64,000 nucleotides of DNA from Syntrophales bacterium (lineage in GTDB: Bacteria; Desulfobacterota; Syntrophia; Syntrophales; UBA2210). Position 1 is the stretch's first letter. Every line of letters starts with the position of its first letter. Location of the stretch: NCBI GenBank assembly GCA_023228425.1, contig JALOBE010000012.1, positions 4,458-68,457 on the forward strand, given 5' to 3'. Positions 18,505 to 28,612 of the stretch are shown here, piece after piece. Both the position numbers and the translations under genes were made by a program. Under the pieces are notes generated by a model. The model ran no database searches. It was not told where the DNA came from and worked only from the letters and a program-made list of their open reading frames with translations.

Positions 18505-19386
18505 TTGTTTAAATCAGGATTTGTGGCTATCGCGGGACGTCCGAACGTGGGAAAGTCAACGTTGCTCAACACGATAATCGGAGAGAGAATCGCCATTACC
18601 TCCCGCAAACCCCAGACAACGAGAAACCGGATCACGGGAATAAAAAACGCCCCCGAGGGTCAGTGCGTCTTCATAGACACGCCGGGCATACACCGGGCAA
18701 AAACGCCCTTGGGGCGATCCCTGGTATCCACGGCGTTAAAGGTTCTTACAGGGGTTGACATCATTCTCTTTATGGTCGAGACGGCACGGAGGACCTCCCC
18801 GGACGACAGCCTTGTCCTCGAGGCTCTTTCGGATACTTCGACACCGGTCTTTCTGATCATAAACAAGATAGACCGGATTGCCGGGGAAGACCTCCTTCCC
18901 TTAATCGACCGTATGAAAAATCTCCATCCCTTTGAAACCATCATACCCCTTTCGGCAGTGACGGGATGCAACGTGGACACTCTGCTTTTGGAGCTCTGGA
19001 AGCATCTTCCCGAGGGGCCGCCCTTTTTCCCTGAAGATATGATGACTGATCTGTCCGAGCGGTTTTTCGCCTCGGAGATGATCAGGGAACAGATCACGCT
19101 GAACACCCACCAGGAGCTGCCCTATACCACGGCGGTGGTGATCGACACCTTCAAGGACGATGAAGAAAAGAATCTGATACGCATCCAGGCTACCGTTCTG
19201 GTGGCGAAACAGTCCCAGAAGGGCATTCTCATCGGGAAAAAAGGCGGTATGCTCAAAAAGATAGGAACGGGAGCACGCCTGGCCATGGAACGGTTCTTCG
19301 GGTCCAGGGTGTTCCTGGAACTTTTCGTCAAGGTCAAGAAAGACTGGCATGAAAGCTCCTCCATGCTGCGGGAGCTGGGATACTGA
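18505..19386 (+). CDS. era: GTPase Era
   Basis: TTG start with AGGAGG 6 nt upstream; GFVAIAGRPNVGKSTLLN, DTPG, NKID, C-terminal KH. Confidence 0.95.
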   Translation: MFKSGFVAIAGRPNVGKSTLLNTIIGERIAITSRKPQTTRNRITGIKNAPEGQCVFIDTPGIHRAKTPLGRSLVSTALKVLTGVDIILFMVETARRTSPDDSLVLEALSDTSTPVFLIINKIDRIAGEDLLPLIDRMKNLHPFETIIPLSAVTGCNVDTLLLELWKHLPEGPPFFPEDMMTDLSERFFASEMIREQITLNTHQELPYTTAVVIDTFKDDEEKNLIRIQATVLVAKQSQKGILIGKKGGMLKKIGTGARLAMERFFGSRVFLELFVKVKKDWHESSSMLRELGY

Positions 19387-19387
19387 T

Positions 19388-20719
19388 ATGACAACACCTG
19401 TCGTCGCAATTATCGGAAGACCCAACGTGGGCAAGTCCACGCTCTTCAACCGCCTTTCAGAGACCAAAAGGGCTATTGTCATTGACCGGCCCGGTGCCAC
19501 GAGAGACCGCAACTACGGTGATTCCTCCTGGAACGGAAAGCCCTTCCGTGTCGTCGATACAGGAGGCTTCGAGCCCCTGGCACGGAACGGGCTGTTGACC
19601 CGGATGAGAGAGCAGACGACCCGGGCCGTCGACGAAGCACAGGCGATTATATTTCTTATGGACGGCATGGACGGCATGACACCGTCGGACGAAGAGATAG
19701 CCGCCTTGCTCCGGAAGACCGAAAAACCTGTTTTTTTCGTGGTCAACAAAATTGATGGACCGAAGCACGAAGCGCGGTCGTTCGATTTCTACCGTCTCGG
19801 CGTGGAACCGATCTACTCCATATCGGCCCAGCATGGCCTCGGCGTGGGTGATCTCATGGATGACGTCGCAGCAGCCCTGCCCCGGTCCGAACGGATTGTG
19901 ACTCCCGAATACCACCGGATCCGCATCGCCGTTACCGGGCGGCCGAACGTGGGCAAGTCATCCCTGGTCAACGCCCTTCTCGGCTATGAACGCGTCATCG
20001 TGAACGCCACACCGGGAACGACACGGGACACCATCGACACTGACTTTGACCTGGGAGACAGGAAATATACCCTCATAGACACGGCGGGTGTCAGGAAAAA
20101 GAGCAGGGTGAGCCGAAAGCTCGAAACCGCCATGGTACAGGAAGTGATAAAAACACTGAACCGTTGTGACCTGGCGCTGATTCTTGTCGATGCCGCAGAA
20201 GGCGTGACGGACCAGGACGTCAAGATTGCGGGACTGGCCTACGAGCGGGGGGTTGCCTCCATGGTCGTCATCAACAAGTGGGATCTGGTTGAGAAAGACA
20301 ATTCCACACTGGGCACCTACATAACCATGATAAGGGACAACTTTAAGTATTTAAGTTTCGCCCCCATACTCACCCTGTCGGCCCTGACGGGTCAGCGGGT
20401 ACCGAGGATATTCCCCATGATTGACACCGTGTACGAACAGTACACGAAGCGGGTCCCCACGGCCCTGCTGAACAGGGCATTGGCCGGGATCACGCGCCGG
20501 ATGCCTCCGCCGAGGCATCGCGGAAAGGCAAACTCGATTGTCTATGCCGCCCAGACATCCATCAAGCCTCCGACCTTCGTGATTTTCACGCGGGAGCCGG
20601 CGGCCATACACTTTTCCTACGAACGATACCTGGCAAACCGCCTTCGTGAGGAGTTCGGTTTTGACAAGGTTCCCCTGAAGCTTCAGTTCCGCAGAAAATC
20701 CAGGGGGGCCGTCTCATAG
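19388..20719 (+). CDS. der: ribosome-biogenesis GTPase Der (EngA)
   Basis: Two G domains (VAIIGRPNVGKSTLFN and IAVTGRPNVGKSSLVN). The start MTTPV lies 1 nt after the era stop. Confidence 0.95.
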   Translation: MTTPVVAIIGRPNVGKSTLFNRLSETKRAIVIDRPGATRDRNYGDSSWNGKPFRVVDTGGFEPLARNGLLTRMREQTTRAVDEAQAIIFLMDGMDGMTPSDEEIAALLRKTEKPVFFVVNKIDGPKHEARSFDFYRLGVEPIYSISAQHGLGVGDLMDDVAAALPRSERIVTPEYHRIRIAVTGRPNVGKSSLVNALLGYERVIVNATPGTTRDTIDTDFDLGDRKYTLIDTAGVRKKSRVSRKLETAMVQEVIKTLNRCDLALILVDAAEGVTDQDVKIAGLAYERGVASMVVINKWDLVEKDNSTLGTYITMIRDNFKYLSFAPILTLSALTGQRVPRIFPMIDTVYEQYTKRVPTALLNRALAGITRRMPPPRHRGKANSIVYAAQTSIKPPTFVIFTREPAAIHFSYERYLANRLREEFGFDKVPLKLQFRRKSRGAVS

Positions 20720-20800
20720 CCCGGGATGCACCCGGGGCGCCCGGTCCGGGGTAGTTCGGGAGTACCGCGGGCACACCACACGACCGTGACGAGACAACCC

Positions 20801-22000
20801 TCAGTGAAGCAGACGGGCCAGCGCCTCCCTCATTCGGGCCATGCCACGCTCTATGTTCTCCATGGAAGTGGCATAGGACAGGCGGACGTGGTCGTCACTT
20901 CCGAACTCAACGCCCGGGACCACGGCAATTTCGGCAACTTCCAGAAGAAAAGCCGTCAGAGCCGCCGAACCGTCTATGTCGCGGCCCTCACAGGATGTGC
21001 CGTACAGCTTGGCGACATTTGGAAAGACATAAAAAGCCCCCTGAGGTTTCAGGCACGAGACGCCGGGCATGTCGTTGAGCGCCGCGGTGATGTAGTCCCT
21101 TCTTGCGGCAAACTCGCCGACCATCCGCTCCGTCGGGCCCTGGTCTCCCCGCAGAGCCGCCACGGCGGCCTTCTGGGAGATCGAGGCGGGGTTCGATGTA
21201 TTCTGGCTCTGAACGTTTGTGGCTGCGGCGATGACTGCCTCGGGGCCCGCGGCGTACCCGATTCTCCACCCGGTCATGGCATGGGACTTGGACACCCCGT
21301 TCACCACGATGGTCTGCTCTTTCAGACCTTCGTCCAGGCTTGCGATATTCGTGAATGAGAGCCCGTCGTATATAATTTTTTCGTAAATATCGTCGCTTAT
21401 GACAACGATGGAGGGGTGTTTCTTCACGATCGCGACGATTGCCCGAAGTTCTTCAGCGGTGTAAGCGGAACCCGTCGGGTTGGATGGGCTGTTCAGGATA
21501 AGCCCCCTGGTCTTGGGGCTGACGGCTCGTTCGAGGTCTTCCGGCGTCATCTTGAATTGATGTTTCTCGCTGGTCGGAAGAATACAGGGCGTCGCGCCGG
21601 CAAGGGCCACGATGTCGGGATAGGAAACCCAGTAGGGTGCGGGAATGATGACCTCGTCTCCCTGTTCGAACAGAACCTGGGCCAGGTTGTAGATAGCGTG
21701 CTTCGCGCCGCAGGACACGCAGATGTTCGACCGGGTATAGGACAGGCCGTTGTCCCTGAGGAGCTTCGCCGTGATGGCATCCTTGAGTTCATTGATACCC
21801 CCAACGGGAGTGTATTTGGTAAACCCCGCTTTCATGGCGGCGAGGGCCGCCTGCTTGATGTGGTCCGGCGTATCGAAGTCCGGCTCGCCGGCTCCGAAGC
21901 TGATAACGTCCCTGCCCTCGGCCCGCATGGCATTTGCCTTTGCCGAAATGGCCAGAGTCGGTGACGGCTTGATTCTGCTTGCCCGTTTCGCCAGTTTCAT
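20801..22000 (-). CDS. class I PLP-dependent (aspartate-type) aminotransferase
   Basis: 399 aa; NPSNPTG and SKSHAMTGWRIGY. Confidence 0.85.
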   Translation of the reverse strand: MKLAKRASRIKPSPTLAISAKANAMRAEGRDVISFGAGEPDFDTPDHIKQAALAAMKAGFTKYTPVGGINELKDAITAKLLRDNGLSYTRSNICVSCGAKHAIYNLAQVLFEQGDEVIIPAPYWVSYPDIVALAGATPCILPTSEKHQFKMTPEDLERAVSPKTRGLILNSPSNPTGSAYTAEELRAIVAIVKKHPSIVVISDDIYEKIIYDGLSFTNIASLDEGLKEQTIVVNGVSKSHAMTGWRIGYAAGPEAVIAAATNVQSQNTSNPASISQKAAVAALRGDQGPTERMVGEFAARRDYITAALNDMPGVSCLKPQGAFYVFPNVAKLYGTSCEGRDIDGSAALTAFLLEVAEIAVVPGVEFGSDDHVRLSYATSMENIERGMARMREALARLLH

Positions 22001-22518
22001 CAGGATGATCTCCTCTTTCTACCGTTTGCATCCTGCAGAAGAGGAAATTTTTCTTTGAGTCTGCGCAGCACCTCTTCAGGTACCATGCCCCTCACGGAAC
22101 CACCGAGCGCGGCAGCTTCCTTTATAATCCTGGAGTTACAGTAGAACCACTTCGATCCCGTCATCAGAAACACCGTCTCGACCTGGCGGTCCAGTCTGCG
22201 GTTCATGAGAGCGAGCTGAAATTCGTACTCGAAATCGGACAGGGCCCGCAACCCCCGCAGAATGACACTCGCCTTGACATTGATGAGGTAGTCCACCAGA
22301 AGCCCCTCATAGCTGTCCACTTCGAGACGCTGGTTATCACCCACGAGATTGCGGATCATCTCCATACGCTCTTCCACAGAAAAGAGAGACGTTTTTGAGG
22401 GGTTGCTGCCGATTGCGATGATTATCTTGTCAAAAATCCGCAAGCCTCTGTTGATGATGTCGATGTGCCCATTGGTTACGGGATCGAAAGAACCGGGATA
22501 TACCGCTATTTTACTCAT
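22000..22518 (-). CDS. coaD: phosphopantetheine adenylyltransferase
   Basis: MSKIAVYPGSFDPVTNGHIDII. GGAGGAGA SD before ATG 22518. The stop overlaps the aminotransferase ATG by 1 nt. Confidence 0.93.
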   Translation of the reverse strand: MSKIAVYPGSFDPVTNGHIDIINRGLRIFDKIIIAIGSNPSKTSLFSVEERMEMIRNLVGDNQRLEVDSYEGLLVDYLINVKASVILRGLRALSDFEYEFQLALMNRRLDRQVETVFLMTGSKWFYCNSRIIKEAAALGGSVRGMVPEEVLRRLKEKFPLLQDANGRKRRSS

Positions 22519-23077
22519 GGTGATCTCCTCCGGCACGAAATTTTAAAAAAGAAAGAACCGTGTCACCGTAGCGCCGTTCATCTTCAAGCACAAGCGCTCC
22601 GCTGTCCGCGCAACGCTCTCTCATGGAGTGCTCAACGACGACTGTGCCTCCGGGAGCGAAAATATTTGTTTCACCCAGAACGTCCAGAGTTCGCATGACC
22701 AGGTCTTTTTCATAGGGCGGGTCGGCGAATACCGTATTGAATCGTTCGCGTCGTTTCTCGAGGAGGGCTATTCCCCTGTCAAAGGATACTCCCATGATGG
22801 AGAATCCCTTGACGAAACCGCACCGTTCCAGGTTTTTTCGAATCACAGCCAGATGACGGGCATTGCTCTCGATAAAGGTAACCTGTGCCGCGCCCCTGCT
22901 CAGAGCTTCGATTCCCACGTTGCCGCTTCCGGCAAAAAGGTCCAGAAATGCCGTATTTTTTACCGGGTCAAGGATATTGAAGAGGGCTTCCTTGACCCGG
23001 TCGGTAGTGGTTCGCAGGGTTCCTCCCCGTGGCACGAGAATGCTCTTGCCCCTTGCCGTTCCTCCGCAGATTTTCAT
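22511..23077 (-). CDS. rsmD: 16S rRNA (guanine966-N2)-methyltransferase
   Basis: LDLFAGSGNVGIEALSRGA and ADPPY. ATGA overlap with asd. Confidence 0.88.
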   Translation of the reverse strand: MKICGGTARGKSILVPRGGTLRTTTDRVKEALFNILDPVKNTAFLDLFAGSGNVGIEALSRGAAQVTFIESNARHLAVIRKNLERCGFVKGFSIMGVSFDRGIALLEKRRERFNTVFADPPYEKDLVMRTLDVLGETNIFAPGGTVVVEHSMRERCADSGALVLEDERRYGDTVLSFLKFRAGGDHHE

Positions 23078-24111
23078 TGTTCAGGCAAGATATGGTCCCG
23101 CAGGAGTATCTCCGCTATCTGGACGGCGTTTAATGCCGCTCCCTTGCGTATATTGTCGGAAACCACCCACATATTGATACCCCGTTTGATGGACTCGTCT
23201 TCCCGAATGCGGCCCACGAAGGTTTCGTTCCTTCCCGTTGCGTCAACAGCCATGGGGTATTCCAGGTTGGAGGGATTGTCGACAACCTTCACGCCCGGCG
23301 CGGTGGAGAGAAGCTCCCGGACTTCATCGGCGCTTATTTTTTTGTTGGTTTCAATGTTTATGGACTCGGAATGGCCGTAGAATACGGGAACCCTGACGGT
23401 GGTCGCCGTTATCGCCATAGAAGGATCATGCAGTATTTTTCTGGTTTCGTTGACCATCTTCAGTTCCTCCCGCGTGTATCCGTTGTCCATGAACAGGTCA
23501 ATGTGGGGCAGGCAGTTGAAGGCGATTACGTGGGGGTAAACGGTCTTTTCCGGTGTTCTTCCCTCAAGAATGGCCCGTGACTGCTCCTCCAGTTCGACGA
23601 TGGCCTCCTTGCCCGTGCCGGACACGGCCTGATAGGTGGAAACAACGATCCTCTTTATACCAACGGCATCATGAATGGGCTTGAGGGCCACCACCATCTG
23701 GATGGTCGAGCAGTTGGGGTTGGCGATGATGTTGCGGTTTCTGTACAGGGAGATGTCTTCACTGTTTACCTCGGGAACAACCAGCGGTATCTCGGGAACC
23801 GTTCGGAAGGCGCTTGTGTTGTCGATGACAACACAGCCCGCACGAGCCGCCGCCGGCGCGTAGCGCTCACTGATGGCGCCGCCCGGCGAAAACAGACCGA
23901 TATGAATACCCTCGAAGGAATCTTCGGAAAGAACCTCCACGGGAATAGTGGATCCTCGAAAGGTCAGCTCTTTTCCCCTGGAACGTTCGGAAGCCAGAAG
24001 TCTGATCTCTCCGACCGGGAAATCCCTCTCTTCCAGTATTTTGAGCACTTCATTTCCTACTGCGCCCGTAGCGCCCACGACAGCAACGTTACAGTGTTTC
24101 ATTCTTTCCAT
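23074..24111 (-). CDS. asd: aspartate-semialdehyde dehydrogenase
   Basis: VAVVGATGAVGNE, NPNCSTIQM; 345 aa. Confidence 0.93.
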   Translation of the reverse strand: MERMKHCNVAVVGATGAVGNEVLKILEERDFPVGEIRLLASERSRGKELTFRGSTIPVEVLSEDSFEGIHIGLFSPGGAISERYAPAAARAGCVVIDNTSAFRTVPEIPLVVPEVNSEDISLYRNRNIIANPNCSTIQMVVALKPIHDAVGIKRIVVSTYQAVSGTGKEAIVELEEQSRAILEGRTPEKTVYPHVIAFNCLPHIDLFMDNGYTREELKMVNETRKILHDPSMAITATTVRVPVFYGHSESINIETNKKISADEVRELLSTAPGVKVVDNPSNLEYPMAVDATGRNETFVGRIREDESIKRGINMWVVSDNIRKGAALNAVQIAEILLRDHILPEQ

Positions 24112-24198
24112 CCTTCATCAGAGAGTGGGTATGACGTTTCAGCGTATTATGAGGTCGTCGGGTATCATGAAGCGATCGACCGTGCGGATTCCGATCTC

Positions 24199-24972
24199 TC
24201 AGCCGCCGAATTCATTTCTTTCTTCAGACAGTTCTTTCTTCTTTTTGCTGATCACCCGGTACGCCAGCCTCGAAGGACCTGAAAGCGCATAGGATAAGGC
24301 AATCGCGAAAAACATGATCTGTGGCTGCATGACAATGACAACAAACATCAGTACGATAAGCACGAAGGTCACAAAAGGTTTGCGGGCAAAAAAATTGAGA
24401 TCCTTGAAGCTGTAGTACTTGACGCTGCTCACCATCAGGAGTGCCAGGGCCACCGTTCCCACGGGAATGGCGAGATTGTGAAACGTGCCCGTTCCTCCCA
24501 TGAAATCCCAGAAAAGAACGGCCGTTACTATTACCAGGGCCGCCGCCGGAATGGGGAGACCGTTGAACACCTTACTGTCAACAATGGACAACTGAACATT
24601 GAACCTGGCAAGGCGCATGGCACCGCAGACCACGAAAAGGAAAGCAATAATCCACCCGGCGCGTCCGTAGGGGGCCAGGGCCCAGAGGTAGGCGATCACT
24701 GCCGGAGCAACCCCGAAGGATACCAAATCCGAGAGTGAGTCGTATTCGACACCGAAGCGGCTTGTAGTATGGGTGAAGCGGGCTATCTTTCCATCCAGCC
24801 CATCCATCGCGCAGGCAACGATTACCAGGAGAGCGGCCTTTGGAAAATTACCACCGATGGAAATGATAATCGCGTAAAAGCCGAAAAAAAGGCTCGCCGT
24901 CGTAAAAAGGTTCGGCAGAATATAAATGCCTTTCTTCATTCCATCCCGTTCCCGTACATTCTCGTTTTTCAT
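24199..24972 (-). CDS. pssA: CDP-diacylglycerol--serine O-phosphatidyltransferase
   Basis: CDP-alcohol phosphatidyltransferase motif DGLDGKIARFTHTTSRFGVEYDSLSD. ATGA overlap with psd. Confidence 0.9.
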   Translation of the reverse strand: MKNENVRERDGMKKGIYILPNLFTTASLFFGFYAIIISIGGNFPKAALLVIVACAMDGLDGKIARFTHTTSRFGVEYDSLSDLVSFGVAPAVIAYLWALAPYGRAGWIIAFLFVVCGAMRLARFNVQLSIVDSKVFNGLPIPAAALVIVTAVLFWDFMGGTGTFHNLAIPVGTVALALLMVSSVKYYSFKDLNFFARKPFVTFVLIVLMFVVIVMQPQIMFFAIALSYALSGPSRLAYRVISKKKKELSEERNEFGG

Positions 24973-25619
24973 GACAGGTATCCTATGGTTGTTTCTCCCG
25001 CGGTAACCTTGTCGCCGACAGATACGGCGGTCTTCGTACCTTCGGGCATGAAAACCTCCAGGCGTGAACCGAAACGGATAAGGCCGAATCGCTCTCCCCT
25101 GTCCAGGCGTTCCCCTTCCTTAACCCAACACACGATTCTCCGGGCGATAAGTCCGGCGATCTGCACTACGAGTATCTCTCGTCCGTCATCCATAGAAATG
25201 AGCAACGCGTTTCGTTCATTCTCCGAAGAAGCTTTGTCAAGGTTTGCCGACAGAAACTTTCCCGGATAATAGGTTATTTTTTTCACCTCTCCCCGGCAGG
25301 GAGAGCGGTTCACGTGGACGTTGAAGATATTCATAAATATACTGACTTTTGTGAAGGAGCCCTCCAGGCCTCCCTTCGCCGGCGCTACCCCTTCTTCTAT
25401 TTTCAGTATTCGACCGTCGGCGGGTGAAAGCAGGCTTGTCGATCCTTCAGGCGCCTTTCTCTCGGGGTTTCTGAAGAACCATACAACGAAAAGCGCGGCT
25501 GCCGAGGAGATGACACAGGCGACCCACAGCGACAGAAATCCCGTAACGAAAGCTATAATCGCCAGGGGAGTAAAGAATCCGAAGGCTTCGGGAAGGATAT
25601 AGCGTGATCGGCTTTTCAT
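24969..25619 (-). CDS. psd: phosphatidylserine decarboxylase (short, membrane-anchored type)
   Basis: 216 aa with an N-terminal TM pair and the self-cleavage-type motif IRFGSRLEV. Confidence 0.85.
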   Translation of the reverse strand: MKSRSRYILPEAFGFFTPLAIIAFVTGFLSLWVACVISSAAALFVVWFFRNPERKAPEGSTSLLSPADGRILKIEEGVAPAKGGLEGSFTKVSIFMNIFNVHVNRSPCRGEVKKITYYPGKFLSANLDKASSENERNALLISMDDGREILVVQIAGLIARRIVCWVKEGERLDRGERFGLIRFGSRLEVFMPEGTKTAVSVGDKVTAGETTIGYLS

Positions 25620-25643
25620 GGAGCCACAGGTTCCTTTGGGTAG

Positions 25644-26327
25644 TCACATTCCCGCGTAGGAACGCCGCAGGTAGCGAGGTAATACGTTCAACGAAACCAC
25701 GTTATCATCAGTGTGCATATTTTTCAACGCAATACGACCCACCGCCCGTGCGTTTATGCGATTCCCCGACGGTTCAGCGAAATATGCGCGGCCTCCGAGA
25801 CGGGCACGTATCCCCCCGGCATGGACAAGGGTTCCATTACCGATAAAAAGCACGGGATCATGAGCGGCTTCCAAGGTATCTAAAAAAAGGTCTGCCCTGA
25901 TGACTTTCTCCTGCTCCACGACCAGAGGCATATCACCTGGGACGGGCCTGTACAGGGCCGTGTACACTTCGTCCCGCCCGGCGTCCAACATGGGACAGAC
26001 AGTCATCGCGGCTGCGGAACCGTTCATGGAGAGGGCGGCCAATGACGATACACCCACAAGGGGCGTGCCGAGAGCCCGGGCGAGTCCCCGCGCCGTACTC
26101 ACGCCGACCCTCAGGCCGGTAAAGGAGCCGGGGCCCGTGGTGCAGGCAAGGAGACCGACATCCCCGATGGACCGTCCACTCCGGCAGAGAATGTCGTTTA
26201 TGGCCGGCAGCAGCGTCACTCCATGCTGACGCCCTGCGTCAAGGAAGGATTCAGCCAGCAGCCGGTCATCATCCAGGAGAGCCACGCTCAAGGACGATGA
26301 TGAGGTGTCAAAGGCAAGGATGACCAT
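25644..26327 (-). CDS. tsaB: tRNA t6A37 biosynthesis protein TsaB
   Basis: MVILAFDTSSSSLSVALL, GPGSFTGLRVG. Confidence 0.9.
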   Translation of the reverse strand: MVILAFDTSSSSLSVALLDDDRLLAESFLDAGRQHGVTLLPAINDILCRSGRSIGDVGLLACTTGPGSFTGLRVGVSTARGLARALGTPLVGVSSLAALSMNGSAAAMTVCPMLDAGRDEVYTALYRPVPGDMPLVVEQEKVIRADLFLDTLEAAHDPVLFIGNGTLVHAGGIRARLGGRAYFAEPSGNRINARAVGRIALKNMHTDDNVVSLNVLPRYLRRSYAGM

Positions 26328-26329
26328 GC

Positions 26330-27397
26330 CTAGTTACCCCAGATTCTGACGATGTCATTGTAGGTCACCCAGAATATCAGGAGGATCAACACAAAAAACC
26401 CCGCCGTCTGGGCTTTTTCACGGATCTTCAGGCTTACCTCGCGCTTCGTCACCAGCTCCACGGCGAAAAACATGAGGTGCCCCCCATCGAGGACAGGGAT
26501 GGGCAGAAGATTCAGTACCCCGAGATTGACGCTGAGCACGGCCATGAAGAAGATAAAGGGAATGAGCCCCTGCCGTGCCATGTCACCGGACATTTTCGCT
26601 ATCAATATGGGACCCCCCAGTTCCTTGGGAGACACGACCCTCTGAACGATCTTGGCAATGCCCGTGTAGGTGAGCTTTGTCCACAGCCAGGTCTGACCGA
26701 CGCCGGCGATGACACTTCCTGCGGGCCCCTTACGGTCCGTCATCAGTTCTGATGACATGGTTACCCCGATGACATAGGTCGTGGCAGGCTCTCCGAATAG
26801 CGTCTCCGTTTCCATCGATCGCGGTGTAACGGTCTTCTCAATACGTTTTTCGTCACGTTCAATGAGCAGTTTCAGGGGCTTCCCACCGCTCGACCGTATA
26901 ACGTCCGCCATTTCTTCCCAGTGGGCGATGGCGTGCCCGTCTATCTCACGGATGAGGTCCCCCTCTCGCAGGCCTGCCGCCTGCGCAGGGCTTTCTTCCT
27001 GGACAGCACCGATACGGGAGGTGGGAACAGATACTCCAAGACCAAAAATGATCGAAAAAGCCACAATGGCGAAAAGAAAGTTGCAGAGAGGCCCGGCCGC
27101 CACAATGGCGATTTTCTTGTACACCGACTGATTCTGAAAGGATCGTTCCCGGTCTTCCTCCGATAGTCCGGCATCATCGGCCTCACCCAGGAGTCTGACG
27201 TACCCTCCCAGTGGTATGGCGGAAAGGGCATATTCCGTTTCGCCGTATTTCCTGCTCACCAGTTTGGGACCGAAGCCGAGGGAAAACCTGAGAACCCCGA
27301 CACCTGACCACTTTGCGACGAGGAAATGTCCCAATTCATGGACGAAGATGAGAATTCCCAAGACTATGATGACTGATATTACTGAGGTGCCCATCAA
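26330..27397 (-). CDS. rseP: RIP site-2 zinc metalloprotease RseP
   Basis: HELGHFLVAKW, PDZ region, NLLPIPVLDGGH. Confidence 0.93.
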   Translation of the reverse strand: MMGTSVISVIIVLGILIFVHELGHFLVAKWSGVGVLRFSLGFGPKLVSRKYGETEYALSAIPLGGYVRLLGEADDAGLSEEDRERSFQNQSVYKKIAIVAAGPLCNFLFAIVAFSIIFGLGVSVPTSRIGAVQEESPAQAAGLREGDLIREIDGHAIAHWEEMADVIRSSGGKPLKLLIERDEKRIEKTVTPRSMETETLFGEPATTYVIGVTMSSELMTDRKGPAGSVIAGVGQTWLWTKLTYTGIAKIVQRVVSPKELGGPILIAKMSGDMARQGLIPFIFFMAVLSVNLGVLNLLPIPVLDGGHLMFFAVELVTKREVSLKIREKAQTAGFFVLILLIFWVTYNDIVRIWGN

Positions 27398-27454
27398 TGT
27401 GCCCTTTGTTTTTTTTCAATGTGGTACTTCCCGCATACTATGAAGCAACCTGTT

Positions 27455-28612
27455 TTACAAGGCGTCTATTGCCTCTTTCGCCCGGATTCGAGCCCAGCCG
27501 TCGGCGGCGAGAACCCGGGCCACCGTATCCGCCCGTTCCGTCTCGTGGTCCGCCAGGGTTGCCTCGACAATACGCGGTATGTCGGTAAAGCGGACGCGCC
27601 CGGCCACAAAGGCTTCCACGGCGATTTCATTCGCGGCGTTGAGAACCGCCGGAGCCGTCCCGCCTCTTCGGGCCGCATCCAGCGAAAGAGCCAGGCACCG
27701 GAATTTTTCCATGTCCGGGACCATGAACGTGAGCGGTCCCGCGGCGCACAGTTCCAGATCCGGGAGGGAGAGTTCGATTCTTTCAGGCCAGGAAAGGGCG
27801 TAAGCGATGGGTGTCTTCATATCGGGGATGCCCAGCTGCGCGATGAGGGACCCATCCTTGAGAGTGATCATGGAGTGTATGATGCTTTGAGGATGGATGA
27901 CCACGTCGATCATCCCGACGTCCACCGCGAACAGGCCCATGGCCTCGATTATCTCGAGACCCTTGTTCATCATCGTCGCGGAATCGATGGTTATCTTGTA
28001 GCCCATATCCCAATTGGGATGCTTCAGCGCCTCCTCCGGCGTCACCGAGGCAAGATCGTCGGCGCTCCGGTTCAGGAAAGGTCCTCCCGATGCCGTGAGA
28101 ACAAGCTTTGTAATCTGATCTCTCGGCCTTCCTTCCATACATTGAAAAAGCGCGCTGTGTTCGCTGTCCACGGGTAAAATGCGGACACCGGTCCTCTCCG
28201 CCCGGGCCAGAACCAGGTCTCCCGCCATGACCATGGTTTCCTTGTTCGCCAGGGCGATATCCTTACCCGCGTCGATGGCGGCAAGTGTCGGCACGAGCCC
28301 CGCCGCTCCCGACATGGCCGACAGTACCATGTCTGACTCAGGCAGCGACGCCAGCTCGTCGTATCCATCCGGTCCGAACAGAACCGCCGTGTTTGCTCTC
28401 CTTCCGAGACTTGTCCTGAGCTCCGCGGCAGCCTCTTCATCAATAACGGCAGCCACTTTCGGTTGGAACCGTTCAATCTGTTTTTTTAGAAGCCGTATGT
28501 TTCTGTACGCCGCCAGCCCGGTAACGCCGAACCGTGACGGCTCCTGTGCGACGACATCGAGGGCGCTTCTTCCGATAGATCCTGTTGAACCGAGTATCGA
28601 TATGTATTTCAT
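27455..28612 (-). CDS. dxr: 1-deoxy-D-xylulose 5-phosphate reductoisomerase
   Basis: ISILGSTGSIGRSALDV, LANKE, PVDSEHSA. Confidence 0.95.
   Translation of the reverse strand: MKYISILGSTGSIGRSALDVVAQEPSRFGVTGLAAYRNIRLLKKQIERFQPKVAAVIDEEAAAELRTSLGRRANTAVLFGPDGYDELASLPESDMVLSAMSGAAGLVPTLAAIDAGKDIALANKETMVMAGDLVLARAERTGVRILPVDSEHSALFQCMEGRPRDQITKLVLTASGGPFLNRSADDLASVTPEEALKHPNWDMGYKITIDSATMMNKGLEIIEAMGLFAVDVGMIDVVIHPQSIIHSMITLKDGSLIAQLGIPDMKTPIAYALSWPERIELSLPDLELCAAGPLTFMVPDMEKFRCLALSLDAARRGGTAPAVLNAANEIAVEAFVAGRVRFTDIPRIVEATLADHETERADTVARVLAADGWARIRAKEAIDAL

Noticed and set aside
20720-20800. CCCGGG-atgca-CCCGGG hairpin between the convergent der and aminotransferase genes, considered as a bidirectional terminator
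   Set aside because: The stem is short, no U-tract lies on either side, and several overlapping CCGGG repeats make the fold ambiguous. It was not called as a feature.
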